From positions 3,744,001 through 3,808,000 of the forward strand of contig CM000208.1 in assembly GCA_000002445.1 (NCBI GenBank): DNA of 64,000 nucleotides. The letters are read 5' to 3'. Position numbers and translations under genes: made by a program. This document shows, piece by piece, positions 10,233-20,151 of this stretch; position 1 is the stretch's first letter, and each line of letters begins with the position of its first letter. Source of the stretch: Trypanosoma brucei (taxonomy: Eukaryota). The notes below the pieces were generated by a model, which had not been told where the DNA came from, did no database searches, and saw only the letters and a list, made by a program, of their open reading frames with translations.

Positions 10233-11234
10233 ATGAACAATGGCGATAATTCCTCCGTAGGAAGCATCAGCGCTCCACCGCGGCAGAGACACAAGTTTGG
10301 CACCCGCACAGCTGAAGGTATCGCAGCACCCGTAGCGGCGGGGGGGATAATAACACGTGGAGGGAATTTTCAGAAGCCAACTCCCTCAAGTGACGACTCC
10401 GCGGCCTCAACAGAAGATTTATCTCTGCTCTTGTGGTGTAGCGTCGGGGTTTTCTTGTTGCTGTACGTGATCAGTGGGCGGTTTCACAACCTCTATATAA
10501 CTCCGGAGGATAATGATAAGGCGGAACAAAATTTCCTCCAATATTTGTCTGAGCGTTGGTCTCGCGAAGGTGATGCAATCATCACAAAGGCGTCAAATGA
10601 TGCCAGTTTTACGCAGCACGGTGATGGACGTATTTATTTCCGCGTAATGAATCAAACCTTTCCTATTAAGGAGTCCACGCCGCCACGCGTTGTGTCAAAA
10701 GTATCTCTTCCGGAAGTAAGCAGTGACAACCGGTGGCGCGGTGATTTGAAAAATGCCACAAGTGAGGCAGCCATGGAGTGGCGTAACCTGACTCAGACGA
10801 TGCAATGCGCTGGAATCGATGGGCCACTCATTTTTCACCTTGTCGCGTTTCTTTCGAGTGGCGTGCGCTTTGTGAGTACATATGTTCCACCAGGGAAGCC
10901 TGAGATACGGTCAGTGGGAGCCCACATTCCATGTCTGAATGCCATTCTGCCATTGATGTGCAAAGGTGACAAATGGGAAATTATCTGCCCTCCTGAGATG
11001 GCATTCGGATCCCACGGATTTCAGGAGGTGCCCCCATCTGCGACAACAATCTGGCAGGTTTTCATGTTGGATGTGACTAAAAGCGGGCCACGCACGCGGG
11101 CACACGTGCAAAAGCTCCTCGCGGCAGCGACACGACGTCATTCCGGCGAGGCGCCGATTACTCGAAGGGAATTGTACGAAAGGGCAATGCGAGCCCGTGG
11201 GAAACTGTTGGGTAACGGTGAAGGCACACTGTAA
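10233..11234 (+). CDS. FKBP-like protein with a predicted transmembrane segment and a divergent, probably non-catalytic FKBP domain. It is a tandem paralog of the upstream MIP gene
   Basis: Its C-terminal region aligns to the neighbouring FKBP domain: GDKWEIICPPEMAFGSHGF matches GDRWKVFIPPEHGYGARGA, and PPSATTIWQVFMLDV matches PPHSALVFDMELISI. There is a hydrophobic stretch LSLLLWCSVGVFLLLYVISG near residue 70. Poly-T tract at 10171-10201 immediately upstream. Confidence 0.6.
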   Translation: MNNGDNSSVGSISAPPRQRHKFGTRTAEGIAAPVAAGGIITRGGNFQKPTPSSDDSAASTEDLSLLLWCSVGVFLLLYVISGRFHNLYITPEDNDKAEQNFLQYLSERWSREGDAIITKASNDASFTQHGDGRIYFRVMNQTFPIKESTPPRVVSKVSLPEVSSDNRWRGDLKNATSEAAMEWRNLTQTMQCAGIDGPLIFHLVAFLSSGVRFVSTYVPPGKPEIRSVGAHIPCLNAILPLMCKGDKWEIICPPEMAFGSHGFQEVPPSATTIWQVFMLDVTKSGPRTRAHVQKLLAAATRRHSGEAPITRRELYERAMRARGKLLGNGEGTL

Positions 11235-11571
11235 GGGATGACATTATGATGTGTGCAAATACGCATCGCGGGGAGGGGCGCCACCTTGTGGTGGCGTGTA
11301 GTGAAGAGAAAAGAAATACAAATGGGAGGAGAGAAACGAAATAGTCCATGCAATATATAAGAAAAGAATATTTACGGGGGTGGATACCTTGTTGTGAAGC
11401 CCCATGTGCATTGATGCCCGCGTGTCTGTTGTACAGCACCGCTATTGGCTCGGCTGTAGTGGTCACCATTGTTTGGCTCTGTTTTTACTTCCCATCAACA
11501 CCCCTGTGGCAACTACAGAAAGGGGAGGGAGTAGGGCGTTTTAGTGAATTCATAGTTCTCTTTTTTAATAC

Positions 11572-11615
<44 letters not shown>
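11572..11615. repeat. Compound microsatellite (TA)12(TG)10
   Basis: Direct reading. Followed at 11662-11680 by (GGT)6. Confidence 0.95.
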
Positions 11616-11970
11616 AGTTGTTGGTTTTCTTCCCGCTTCCACAATGACACGAGTATATTTTGGTGGTGGTGGTGGTGGTGTTTTTAACCCCCTGTGGGGG
11701 AGCTCTGAAAAGAAGTTAAAGAACCTCTTTCCGACGAGTGAAAGGAAAAAGGAAACGAGGGTCAACAGTACTCCTTTGATCTGGGAGTGAAGGGAAATTC
11801 ACCGACCTTGAGCTGTTTTTTGTTTTACTATTTTGTTTATTTGTTTCCATTCAGTTGTTTTCGTTATCATTATTGCTGTCACATCGTTGTTCATAACCAA
11901 TGTTTCAATGTCTTACTTCCTCATCCGATCCCAAAGTTGGTTTAGGAATGCTCCGAACAAAAAAAAAACA

Positions 11971-11973
<3 letters not shown>

Positions 11974-12014
<41 letters not shown>
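11974..12014. repeat. (TG)20 microsatellite
   Basis: Direct reading. Preceded by A10. Confidence 0.95.
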
Positions 12015-12017
<3 letters not shown>

Positions 12018-12724
12018 GACAAGACCATAGTTACCACCTTTTTTTTTTTGCGCCTTCACTGCGCGTAATATCCATTGTGTGTTGGTTTATTAGTTGATTC
12101 ACTAATGCAGATCATTATTTGGTGTTAGTGTCCTTTCTATCGAATATTTTACTCACTTTCCATTCCGTTGAATGGTGGTGATATTTCAGAACGACAGAGC
12201 AAAAATGTCTGTGTTTCCTCGCTTATTTGTGCCATTCCGCAACACGCTACTCTCCTCTCTTCTCTCTTCTCTCTTTCCTTATGTGAATATGTAAAAACAT
12301 AAATTTTACCCGTAGTTGGCACTCCGTACCCCGTAAATATAGCATTTGACTGTGGTTAGGAAATCCAAATAACGTATAGCACATATACTTATATTGTTGT
12401 TCATATATTTATTTATTTATCTGTTTATTCACATCCCCGCCGCGAGTAATAGTTTTTCTGTGCCTGTGTTTTATAGAGGAAGGAAAAAACAAGTCAATCC
12501 ATCGACGAACGACAGCAAAAACTAAAACATTTAAAAGAAAAAAGAGCAAAGTGGAGGGGGAAAGTAGCAACAAAAGGAACAGTGTTAAAGAGAGGTATAT
12601 ATTTATTCACTATTTCACCTATACGTTGAAGGAAGAAGAAAGAGAGAAAATCGAACCAAAAACGAGGTGAACGAAAGGGTAGCCGACTCTCTACGAAAAA
12701 ATAAAAATAAAAAATAAAATAAAT

Positions 12725-12751
12725 CAACAGCAACAACAACAACAACAACAA
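12725..12751. repeat. (CAA)9 microsatellite in the 5' flank of the FYVE gene
   Basis: Direct reading. Confidence 0.9.
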
Positions 12752-12864
12752 TAAACACACCAGTAGACAAAAGAAAAAAAAAAGATAAAACTAGATAGGC
12801 ACTGGAAAGGGGTGAGGTCATCAGGAGTGGGCAGTTCGCAGCCTTCCCGGACCTCCTCCGAGAA

Positions 12865-14979
12865 ATGGACCCCTCGAGAGCGTTGCAGGAGGGTTCTGAG
12901 GTCTCTGCACTGAACTCAACGGATAATTTTCAGTTTCCCGCGCAGGCCCTTACGGAATGTACGGAATGCAACGGGGATGTGGCGGCTTCAAGCTTTGCAA
13001 GGCTCTCGACGGATGGTGAAGGCGGTAGAGCAAGTGAAAAGGAAGGTGACTCACCGGATCAGATGGATAATGACAACAGTGAAGGGGGCGAATTTGATAT
13101 TTTTGAAGGCGTGGCCCCCGGCGTCTCGAAATGCTCCACTCCACAAACCGAGGGCACGTACGCGGACCGACAACCCCCTCAGCTCTCCAACGCATTGGAG
13201 CGGGAAACTTCGCAGGAAATAAACCGCATTGAAAATAAAGTAGATGCTGTACGCATTGACAGTAGCACAGTTAACACCTCAGACGACTTTATAAGTACCG
13301 TATTCGACGACGTTGACAGGTCCCCATCCCCATTCATTGTGTTGGACCATGTGGAGGACGGAGGCTGTCTTACGTATCAGGGGACCGTGGACTCGGCCAT
13401 GCTTCCGCTAAAAGAGGAGCGGGCGCGAATACTGCAGCGACTCGGGATGTTGCGTGCCACTGAGCAAAGCCGGAGGCAGCAGCTTTGTAGAAAGTATGAG
13501 GGAGAGGTAAACATGCGAATGGTGTCGCTAGCGGTAACCGCAGCTGAACAGATAGATGCGCCGTATGGAAATAGTACGTATCTGACCTCCTCAAGTGTAG
13601 TTTCCACTAACCTTGATACCCAACACAATGAAGCGGAAGAACGAGAACAAGAACAAGACCAAGACCAAGTTCTCCCCCAGGACAGTAGAAGGGGAGAAAC
13701 TACTGTAACTCGGGGAGTAATGGCGGGCTGTTCGACAACAGTATCAAAGGAAGTAACAGGTAGCGTCCGGGAGGGAGCCTCCCTCGTGTGCGATCAAGTT
13801 GATAATGTAGAGAGTGACGAGGATGAACCTCATTTCACCGAAAGACTAACAATGTTGGACTGCATGACACAGGAGTGCTACAAGGGACTAGTCCAAGAGG
13901 GTGAGTTTTTTTCTGGTGAAGCAGAAAGTATGGTTAGCGAAAACAGTGCGGATACCGACTCCAGTGGAGACGGGGTACACAGCCGCGCTGATAACATGAC
14001 GGTGTGTGACAGTGTCGATTGTAATAAGCTACACACGGCGCCGTCAGAAGGTTTTTACATACCAGTACCCATGGACAGAACAGGACAAGTGGAATACGTC
14101 TTCAATGGAGATGACGCGCAGAGACGGTTGAAGTTTCGTAGAGAGGAATATGAGTTGCAGAGGGCTTTGGGTCGAGTAGAGGGGAAGATAGACGCCCTAA
14201 CAGCGTGTCGCCTCAGCAAAGGCATTCACTACTGGCAGAGCGACGATTCAACTGACAGCTGCCCGCGCTGTGGCAAAGTTTTCTCATTCACTGTGCGGCG
14301 GCATCACTGCCGGCGTTGTGGGGTGTTGCTGTGTAACGACTGCTGTTCACAGGTTGGGCGAGATATGTATGTGCAGGTGCGCACTAGTGCAGTCACAAGT
14401 TCGGACGTGGGGCCTTCCCATGGTTCGTCTTCATCCCAGCGCACTACGGGAAATGCCACGGACGACGCATGGCTATTCGGTACATGTGAGCCTACTGGTT
14501 CTGGGGACACACGGGAAAAAAGACCTGGAAGCACTCCCAACTCACTTCAACCTAACCAAACCATTAGTGACACCTGGCAATACCAGGGGAGTAGCAGTAA
14601 CAACAACAGTCTGCCCAATTGTATATGCCTGCCAAACAACGGACGACGGGATTATCGTGGGCGGGGTGGCCTGAAGGTGCGGTATGTCCCGTGGGTCCGC
14701 ATTTGCAATGCCTGTTATCTTGTCTGCCTTCGCGCCCGACTTGGAGGGAATTATAAACCCATTCTTGAGGACAATCGCCGCCGCTTCCATGTCCTTAAAG
14801 AGGAGGAACAGTCCCTTTTGTGTATCAATAGTACATGGGAAATGCGATGGGCACAACTAAATGTACTGAAACATGTCGTCATTGAGCGAACAGTGCATAT
14901 GGCCCACGACCAGGTGCAGCAAGCGGTTGGGGTATTGTCCGATTGGCTTCAAGAGTGGCGGTTATGCCTCAAACCGTAA
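12865..14979 (+). CDS. FYVE zinc-finger domain protein (704 aa)
   Basis: All three FYVE signatures are present. WxxD appears as HYWQSDDS, R(R/K)HHCRxCG as RRHHCRRCG, and the terminal RVC-type motif as VRICNACY. The rest of the protein is acidic and low-complexity. Confidence 0.8.
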   Translation: MDPSRALQEGSEVSALNSTDNFQFPAQALTECTECNGDVAASSFARLSTDGEGGRASEKEGDSPDQMDNDNSEGGEFDIFEGVAPGVSKCSTPQTEGTYADRQPPQLSNALERETSQEINRIENKVDAVRIDSSTVNTSDDFISTVFDDVDRSPSPFIVLDHVEDGGCLTYQGTVDSAMLPLKEERARILQRLGMLRATEQSRRQQLCRKYEGEVNMRMVSLAVTAAEQIDAPYGNSTYLTSSSVVSTNLDTQHNEAEEREQEQDQDQVLPQDSRRGETTVTRGVMAGCSTTVSKEVTGSVREGASLVCDQVDNVESDEDEPHFTERLTMLDCMTQECYKGLVQEGEFFSGEAESMVSENSADTDSSGDGVHSRADNMTVCDSVDCNKLHTAPSEGFYIPVPMDRTGQVEYVFNGDDAQRRLKFRREEYELQRALGRVEGKIDALTACRLSKGIHYWQSDDSTDSCPRCGKVFSFTVRRHHCRRCGVLLCNDCCSQVGRDMYVQVRTSAVTSSDVGPSHGSSSSQRTTGNATDDAWLFGTCEPTGSGDTREKRPGSTPNSLQPNQTISDTWQYQGSSSNNNSLPNCICLPNNGRRDYRGRGGLKVRYVPWVRICNACYLVCLRARLGGNYKPILEDNRRRFHVLKEEEQSLLCINSTWEMRWAQLNVLKHVVIERTVHMAHDQVQQAVGVLSDWLQEWRLCLKP

Positions 14980-15743
14980 CAAAAAAAAAAGAAAAAAAGA
15001 AGAAAAAGAGGGTCATTCCTTCGTGTCGTTTCTTTGGTTGTTTTATTCATTGATGGTTTCCCGCCCTCATTTCCTTCCCCCCCTTCCCCTTCTACTTTCT
15101 TTTTTACCCTTTTTTTCTTGTTTTTTTTAGTTTTATCGTTCCGGTCTCCTTTCTTTTTTTCTGTTGTTGTTTGACAGATGTTCCAATTATTATTATTATT
15201 ATTCTCGATTGCTATTATGTTTCTCCCATCCGAGTTTTCCTCCTCTATGTATTATCAAGTGAATAAAGGGAAGATGAAAAAAATAAGTGTGTATGCCTAC
15301 GTTTGTACCTCACTACTCGCACAAATTATATATAAACATGTTTGAGTATATTCGAATAAATAAAATAAATGTACACCTTCACGCTCCTTATGGACATCTG
15401 TCTTTAGCTTTTCATTCCACCGTTTTCACCTCGCTTGCTCAGTTCTATTCTGTTTTGTGTTGTGTTGTGTTGTTGTTGTTTTTTTTTTTCCTTTACGTAT
15501 TTTCATTGTTTTATTTGTTTTGTTTTCATCTTTTGTTCCTTTATCACCACTATTTTTGTCATTTTTCTGGCCCACACCTCACAGCCTAGAAGAAGGGGTA
15601 TGTGAAGTAAAAATGTAGCGGTTCCTTTTTGTGTTTTACTTCTGCTTTTTTTTTTGTTTCATGGGTGCGTTAGAGGAGAACGTAGTGTGCGAAAAGAAAA
15701 AAAAGAAAAAAGTGTGTGCATAAGAAGGAAAAGAGAAAAGGAA

Positions 15744-15745
<2 letters not shown>

Positions 15746-15777
<32 letters not shown>
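15746..15777. repeat. (AT)16 microsatellite
   Basis: Direct reading. Lies within the 3-kb low-complexity intergenic interval. Confidence 0.95.
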
Positions 15778-15780
<3 letters not shown>

Positions 15781-16401
15781 AGTTTGAGTGGTTTGTTGAT
15801 TGGGGGGGGGTTGGGAAGGAAGGTGGGATGGAAGAAAAGAGAAGTTGAGAAGCTGAAAAGATGGTAAAACACCAAAATGGCGCTTCGGAGGCCCTCACTG
15901 TCGAGTGGTTGTTTTTTTTTTGTCTTTTGTTTGGGGGGGCGGGAGGGTTTTCCTCTCCCCTTTTCTTGTCTCTCTTGCATAAACGTGGAGACACGGATTT
16001 TTTTTTTAAAAAAAGAGAGAAAACGGAAAAGAAATGTGGGTGCACTCAATATAGAAAAGGAAGTGAGAGTACATATGAAGCCAACTTTTGTACGTATGCT
16101 TACGGAGACATAAGGAATGTATATAATTTCATTACCTTGCGTCGTCTTTGTTGCCATACGCTATCTTTACGTGTGTGTTTGTGTGTGTGTGGGGGGGGGG
16201 GAAATGTGAGGAGTTTTTCTTTATTTTCTTTCTATTTCTTTTTATTTTTCTTTCTTTGCTTCATAGGGTTTTTTTTTCTTGCGGTTCGAGCACAATCTGT
16301 GGTTTTACCTCTGTTGTTGCTCCCATCCCTTTGTACCCCCTTCTTGCATTTCTTCTGTTTTTTTTTGTGTGTGTGTTTGAGTGTGAATGTGTTTGTTAGT
16401 G

Positions 16402-16403
<2 letters not shown>

Positions 16404-16439
<36 letters not shown>

Positions 16440-16458
16440 TTATTATTATTATTATTTT
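16404..16458. repeat. Compound microsatellite (TA)16(TTA)7
   Basis: Direct reading. Confidence 0.95.
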
Positions 16459-17258
16459 CTTCTCCCCTCCCCCCTTTTCCACTTTTGTCTATCCCTAATC
16501 TTTATTATTACTATTATTGTTGTTGTTGTTACTGTTATTGTTAATGTTACAGGTGTGGCTTTTCCCCACTGCTCTTTTGTTTTGTCTTCAGTTGGGGCAG
16601 ATGGTCGATTTTCAGTCATTAGTTTTGCTTCTATCGTTTCTTCTTCAATGATCAAGAAGATCTTTTTTTCTTAACAAAAAGAAAAGGAAAAAAAGAAAAG
16701 AAAACAAGAAACTACAGATCTTGTCCACTCGAATTGTGTGACAAGGGCCAATCTGTATTTTTTTTTTTTCATGTGAGTGACTCACTCGTTTGACCGTTTT
16801 CTTGTGTTGTTCAATTTTGTCGTTTTGTTCAGGGGTTATCAAATTATCTCCATCGTGCATTCACTTGAATCACACGGATAGCTTCTGAAACAATATAAAG
16901 CCGAAACGAAATTTTCTCTTCCCTCCATTTTGCTTTTTCCTCGCAGCCAATCACGCAATTTATTTACTTTTTTGCACTGCGCTTTCTTTCTTTCTTTTTT
17001 TCTTACTTTTTGCTCCCTCCCTTTTTTCTTCTCCTCTTGTAGTGGTCGCGCTTCATTGTTGTTGTTTTTTTTTTTGTGTGTGTGTGTGTTTTTTCTCATT
17101 TTCGCTTTCAGTAAGTTCATTTTCCTCCCCCCCCTTCCCTCCTTCAGTAACACACCACTACACACTCACCCATTCATGATTACCATTCTTAATTATTGTG
17201 GTTGCCATCATTGCTGTTGTTGGTGAGTTTTATTCCTTTTCATGTGCGTGGAGGAGCC

Positions 17259-17280
17259 GTGTGTGTGTGTGTGTGTGTGT
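17259..17280. repeat. (TG)11 microsatellite
   Basis: Direct reading. Another (TG)n-like run lies at about 17389-17401. Confidence 0.9.
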
Positions 17281-18036
17281 AGCAGTTTCAAATGAGTCAC
17301 AAAATAAAATACTTTTTTTTAAAAAAAAGTAAAGGTACCAAATGAAAGTGCCGTTTATGAGGGGGAGGGGAAACAAGAAGGAAGAAGAGGTGTGTGTGTG
17401 TGGGGGGGGAGAAAGTTTGTTATTATTTAATTCTACCATTTCTTTTTGGTGCTTTTCCTTATGTTCCCTGTTTTGTTTTATCACTGACCCATCTTGCGTT
17501 TCATCAACAACACACTTTACGTGTACGAACAAACCCCCACCATACACCCCAAAAAACAAAAGGGGAACCAATCCAGATGTATACATGTTGAAGGAAGAAC
17601 ACCATACACTCATACACATATATAAAATATATAAATGAATATAAGTATATTATTTTTTTTTAATTTTTCTTTGAAATATGTTTTGTCTACCCAAGTACTC
17701 GTTACAAAAATGTAGACTCCCTTTCACTGTTCTCCTCAACATTTTTTTTCGACAGTTGTTATCAATATTCGGCTTCATTTGTATCTTCTCTTTCTGTGCA
17801 CTTGTACATACGCATCTCCGTTTACATCTTACTTTCCTTCTCCTTTCCTTCGCTTCAGGAAAAAGGCTGTGGAACAAGTGAAGTAAAGAGGAGGAGGAGG
17901 AGGAGAAAACCTTCAACGGAATACGAACTTTATTCTGTTTTGTTTTTCATTTATTCCGTTTCCTTTTTTTTTTCTTTAAACGAAAAGTAACAGGAGGGAG
18001 GGAAGGAGGGGAAACGCATCGTGAGTACCAAACCAA

Positions 18037-20151
18037 ATGAGCTCTACATTTATTATATCCGCTTCTTATGACAAAGAAATACGCTTTTGGGACGGATCAA
18101 CGGGCCGAACAGTCCGCAGTTTTCCCTTTCAGGGATCACAGGTCAATGCGATGTTGACGATTCCAAACACCACACACCTCGCCGTTGGAGGATTTGGTGC
18201 CGTTCGCGTGTATGATATTGGAGTTGAAGCTGGATCAGCTGGGGGCAATAGTGGAACACAACCACCCCCGGTTTTCTCCGTTTATGAAAATCAATACGCA
18301 ATGAACGTAACGAGCCTGGGGACGTTCCCACTCTACCCGCAGCGTGACGAGGAAATGCACTTAAACTCTGCGGAAGCTTCCATGAGTAGCTTGTTTTGCA
18401 CTTCTGCAGACCTTGCTGCAACCGCCACATTAGACCCCACACCGACCACGGGCTCTGCTGGAGTGTTGACTGTTCTTTTCGCCACTTCGGAGGACGGGCA
18501 CATTCGGTTTTTTAACGCAAACTCACCCACAACACTAAACCTTCTGCTCGATATTAGCGCGGGTGCGGCCATCACGTGCAGTGCCGTCTCCCCGGATCGT
18601 CACACCTTGTTCACCGGTTCCCAGATCGGTCGCGTCTCGGTGTGGCACATACCAAGTATCATTGCGGCAGCTGCGCAACACGGAGACAGCACTAGCAGAG
18701 GTGGTCTCTTTGCTAGTAAGCCAATGCAAGAGATTGCCTTCAATGGGGATTACACAGCCATTAGAAGTATAGCCGTGGAACCGCTGGCGCGTTGGGCTGT
18801 GGCAGCAACAAGTGCTGGGAAGCTTCATTTTATGTGTTTTGGAAGGTGCGCGCAGAACCTTACCGGCACACATGCCTCCGAGGCACACGCAGCTGGAAGG
18901 TTGGCGAATGAAGAGGTGCCTGGAGAAGAGGAAGAAACAAGCCCGCAAGTGCAGCGACCGGTAGCGGAGGGGACGGTCGCCGACAGCGCTCCCGCAATCG
19001 CCACGAATGACTCTAGTTCACGTTCCATTAATTCCGCAAACACCCTGCGCCCTAGTTGCGGGCCCTTGTCTGTGCTTAAAACACATGGAAACGAAGGAAG
19101 TGGGGGTGACGTGGCTGCTAACGCTAGTGAGTCACCCCTTGCTAACGATGGTGTGACATTTTCTGATGCAGTCGACGCCTCAGACACGGGAAATTCAACC
19201 CCGGGAATGGACGTGACCAAGAAGTTCAGCGCACCGGGCCTCTTGACCTCATCATCGGTCAATTCCTCATCCATTCAGCAACAATTTTTTTTGAAGGTTT
19301 TTCACTCGTTTCAGGCGCACCACAAATATATCCTTAAGGTGGCCATCTCACCCAATATAGATATCTTGGTGACATGTTGTGGGGACTACACCGTTGGGAG
19401 ATTCGTAATCCCTCCAATACTTCAGTGCTGTGACGTGACGACCAAGCACGCTTCTGGGTGTGAAAGTGACTCCCACAGCGCAGGAGTATCCTCGCTGACA
19501 AGTGCGGTGAGATTGTCTGGCCTCACCGAGAAAAACACGGCGGCAGGTTCTGATCCCACAAACCAGGTGGCTGCAGCGGGGGATAACAATGGGGCCGGAG
19601 CTGGTGGTGCAACCGCAGCAAGTTCGTCCTCACTTCTTCAACCTAAGGCAGATGAGGGTGCCGTCCTCACTCCTACAGCGGCACCGTCAACGTCGTTTAC
19701 ACATGATGGATCAACTGGAAGCGTAGAAGATGGTGTAAAGCCGGTGGCTGCGGTAGCTAATGACCCTACCGTGAATGAATCTCAACCCTTGGCAACGATG
19801 GAAACGGTGAAAAAAATGACAAGTCCTGCTGACGCCCCAACAGAGAGGCATGATGCGTTCCACTTGGCCACGTCAAACTTTCCACAGCTGGTTGCAGAGG
19901 GAAGTACACAAGTTAACATTGGCGATGGGGTTGAGTTCAAGGAACTAAAACCCCTGACAGGACACACGCGGTGGGTCTGGGACTGTGCCTTCAGTGATTG
20001 CGGGAGGTTTCTCTTCACAGCTAGCAGCGACCAAACGTTACGTATGTGGACCTCTCTCCTCAGTGACAGACCACATTCCACCAGCTTCGTTGGTCATATG
20101 AAACCAGTGGTGTGCTGCATGCTCTATGTGGAAAGGAAGAAAAACCAATAG
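18037..20151 (+). CDS. LST8: LST8 (TOR complex WD40 subunit) homolog containing two large low-complexity insertions
   Basis: The N-terminus ISASYDKEIRFWDGSTGRTVRSFPFQGSQVNAMLTIPNTTHLAVGGFGAVRVYDI aligns with LST8 [57 protein letters not shown]. The C-terminus GHTRWVWDCAFSDCGRFLFTASSDQTLRMW...GHMKPVVCCML aligns with [28 protein letters not shown]...GHQKAVVCLAF. The internal blades LFATSEDGHIRFF and HHKYILKVAISPNIDILVTCCGDYTVGRF also align. Confidence 0.75.
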   Translation: MSSTFIISASYDKEIRFWDGSTGRTVRSFPFQGSQVNAMLTIPNTTHLAVGGFGAVRVYDIGVEAGSAGGNSGTQPPPVFSVYENQYAMNVTSLGTFPLYPQRDEEMHLNSAEASMSSLFCTSADLAATATLDPTPTTGSAGVLTVLFATSEDGHIRFFNANSPTTLNLLLDISAGAAITCSAVSPDRHTLFTGSQIGRVSVWHIPSIIAAAAQHGDSTSRGGLFASKPMQEIAFNGDYTAIRSIAVEPLARWAVAATSAGKLHFMCFGRCAQNLTGTHASEAHAAGRLANEEVPGEEEETSPQVQRPVAEGTVADSAPAIATNDSSSRSINSANTLRPSCGPLSVLKTHGNEGSGGDVAANASESPLANDGVTFSDAVDASDTGNSTPGMDVTKKFSAPGLLTSSSVNSSSIQQQFFLKVFHSFQAHHKYILKVAISPNIDILVTCCGDYTVGRFVIPPILQCCDVTTKHASGCESDSHSAGVSSLTSAVRLSGLTEKNTAAGSDPTNQVAAAGDNNGAGAGGATAASSSSLLQPKADEGAVLTPTAAPSTSFTHDGSTGSVEDGVKPVAAVANDPTVNESQPLATMETVKKMTSPADAPTERHDAFHLATSNFPQLVAEGSTQVNIGDGVEFKELKPLTGHTRWVWDCAFSDCGRFLFTASSDQTLRMWTSLLSDRPHSTSFVGHMKPVVCCMLYVERKKNQ

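Noticed and set aside
15287-17990. Multiple 60-190-aa ORFs on both strands within the 3-kb low-complexity interval
   Set aside because: All are translations of homopolymer or microsatellite DNA (poly-F/L/K/E products). None has coding-like composition.
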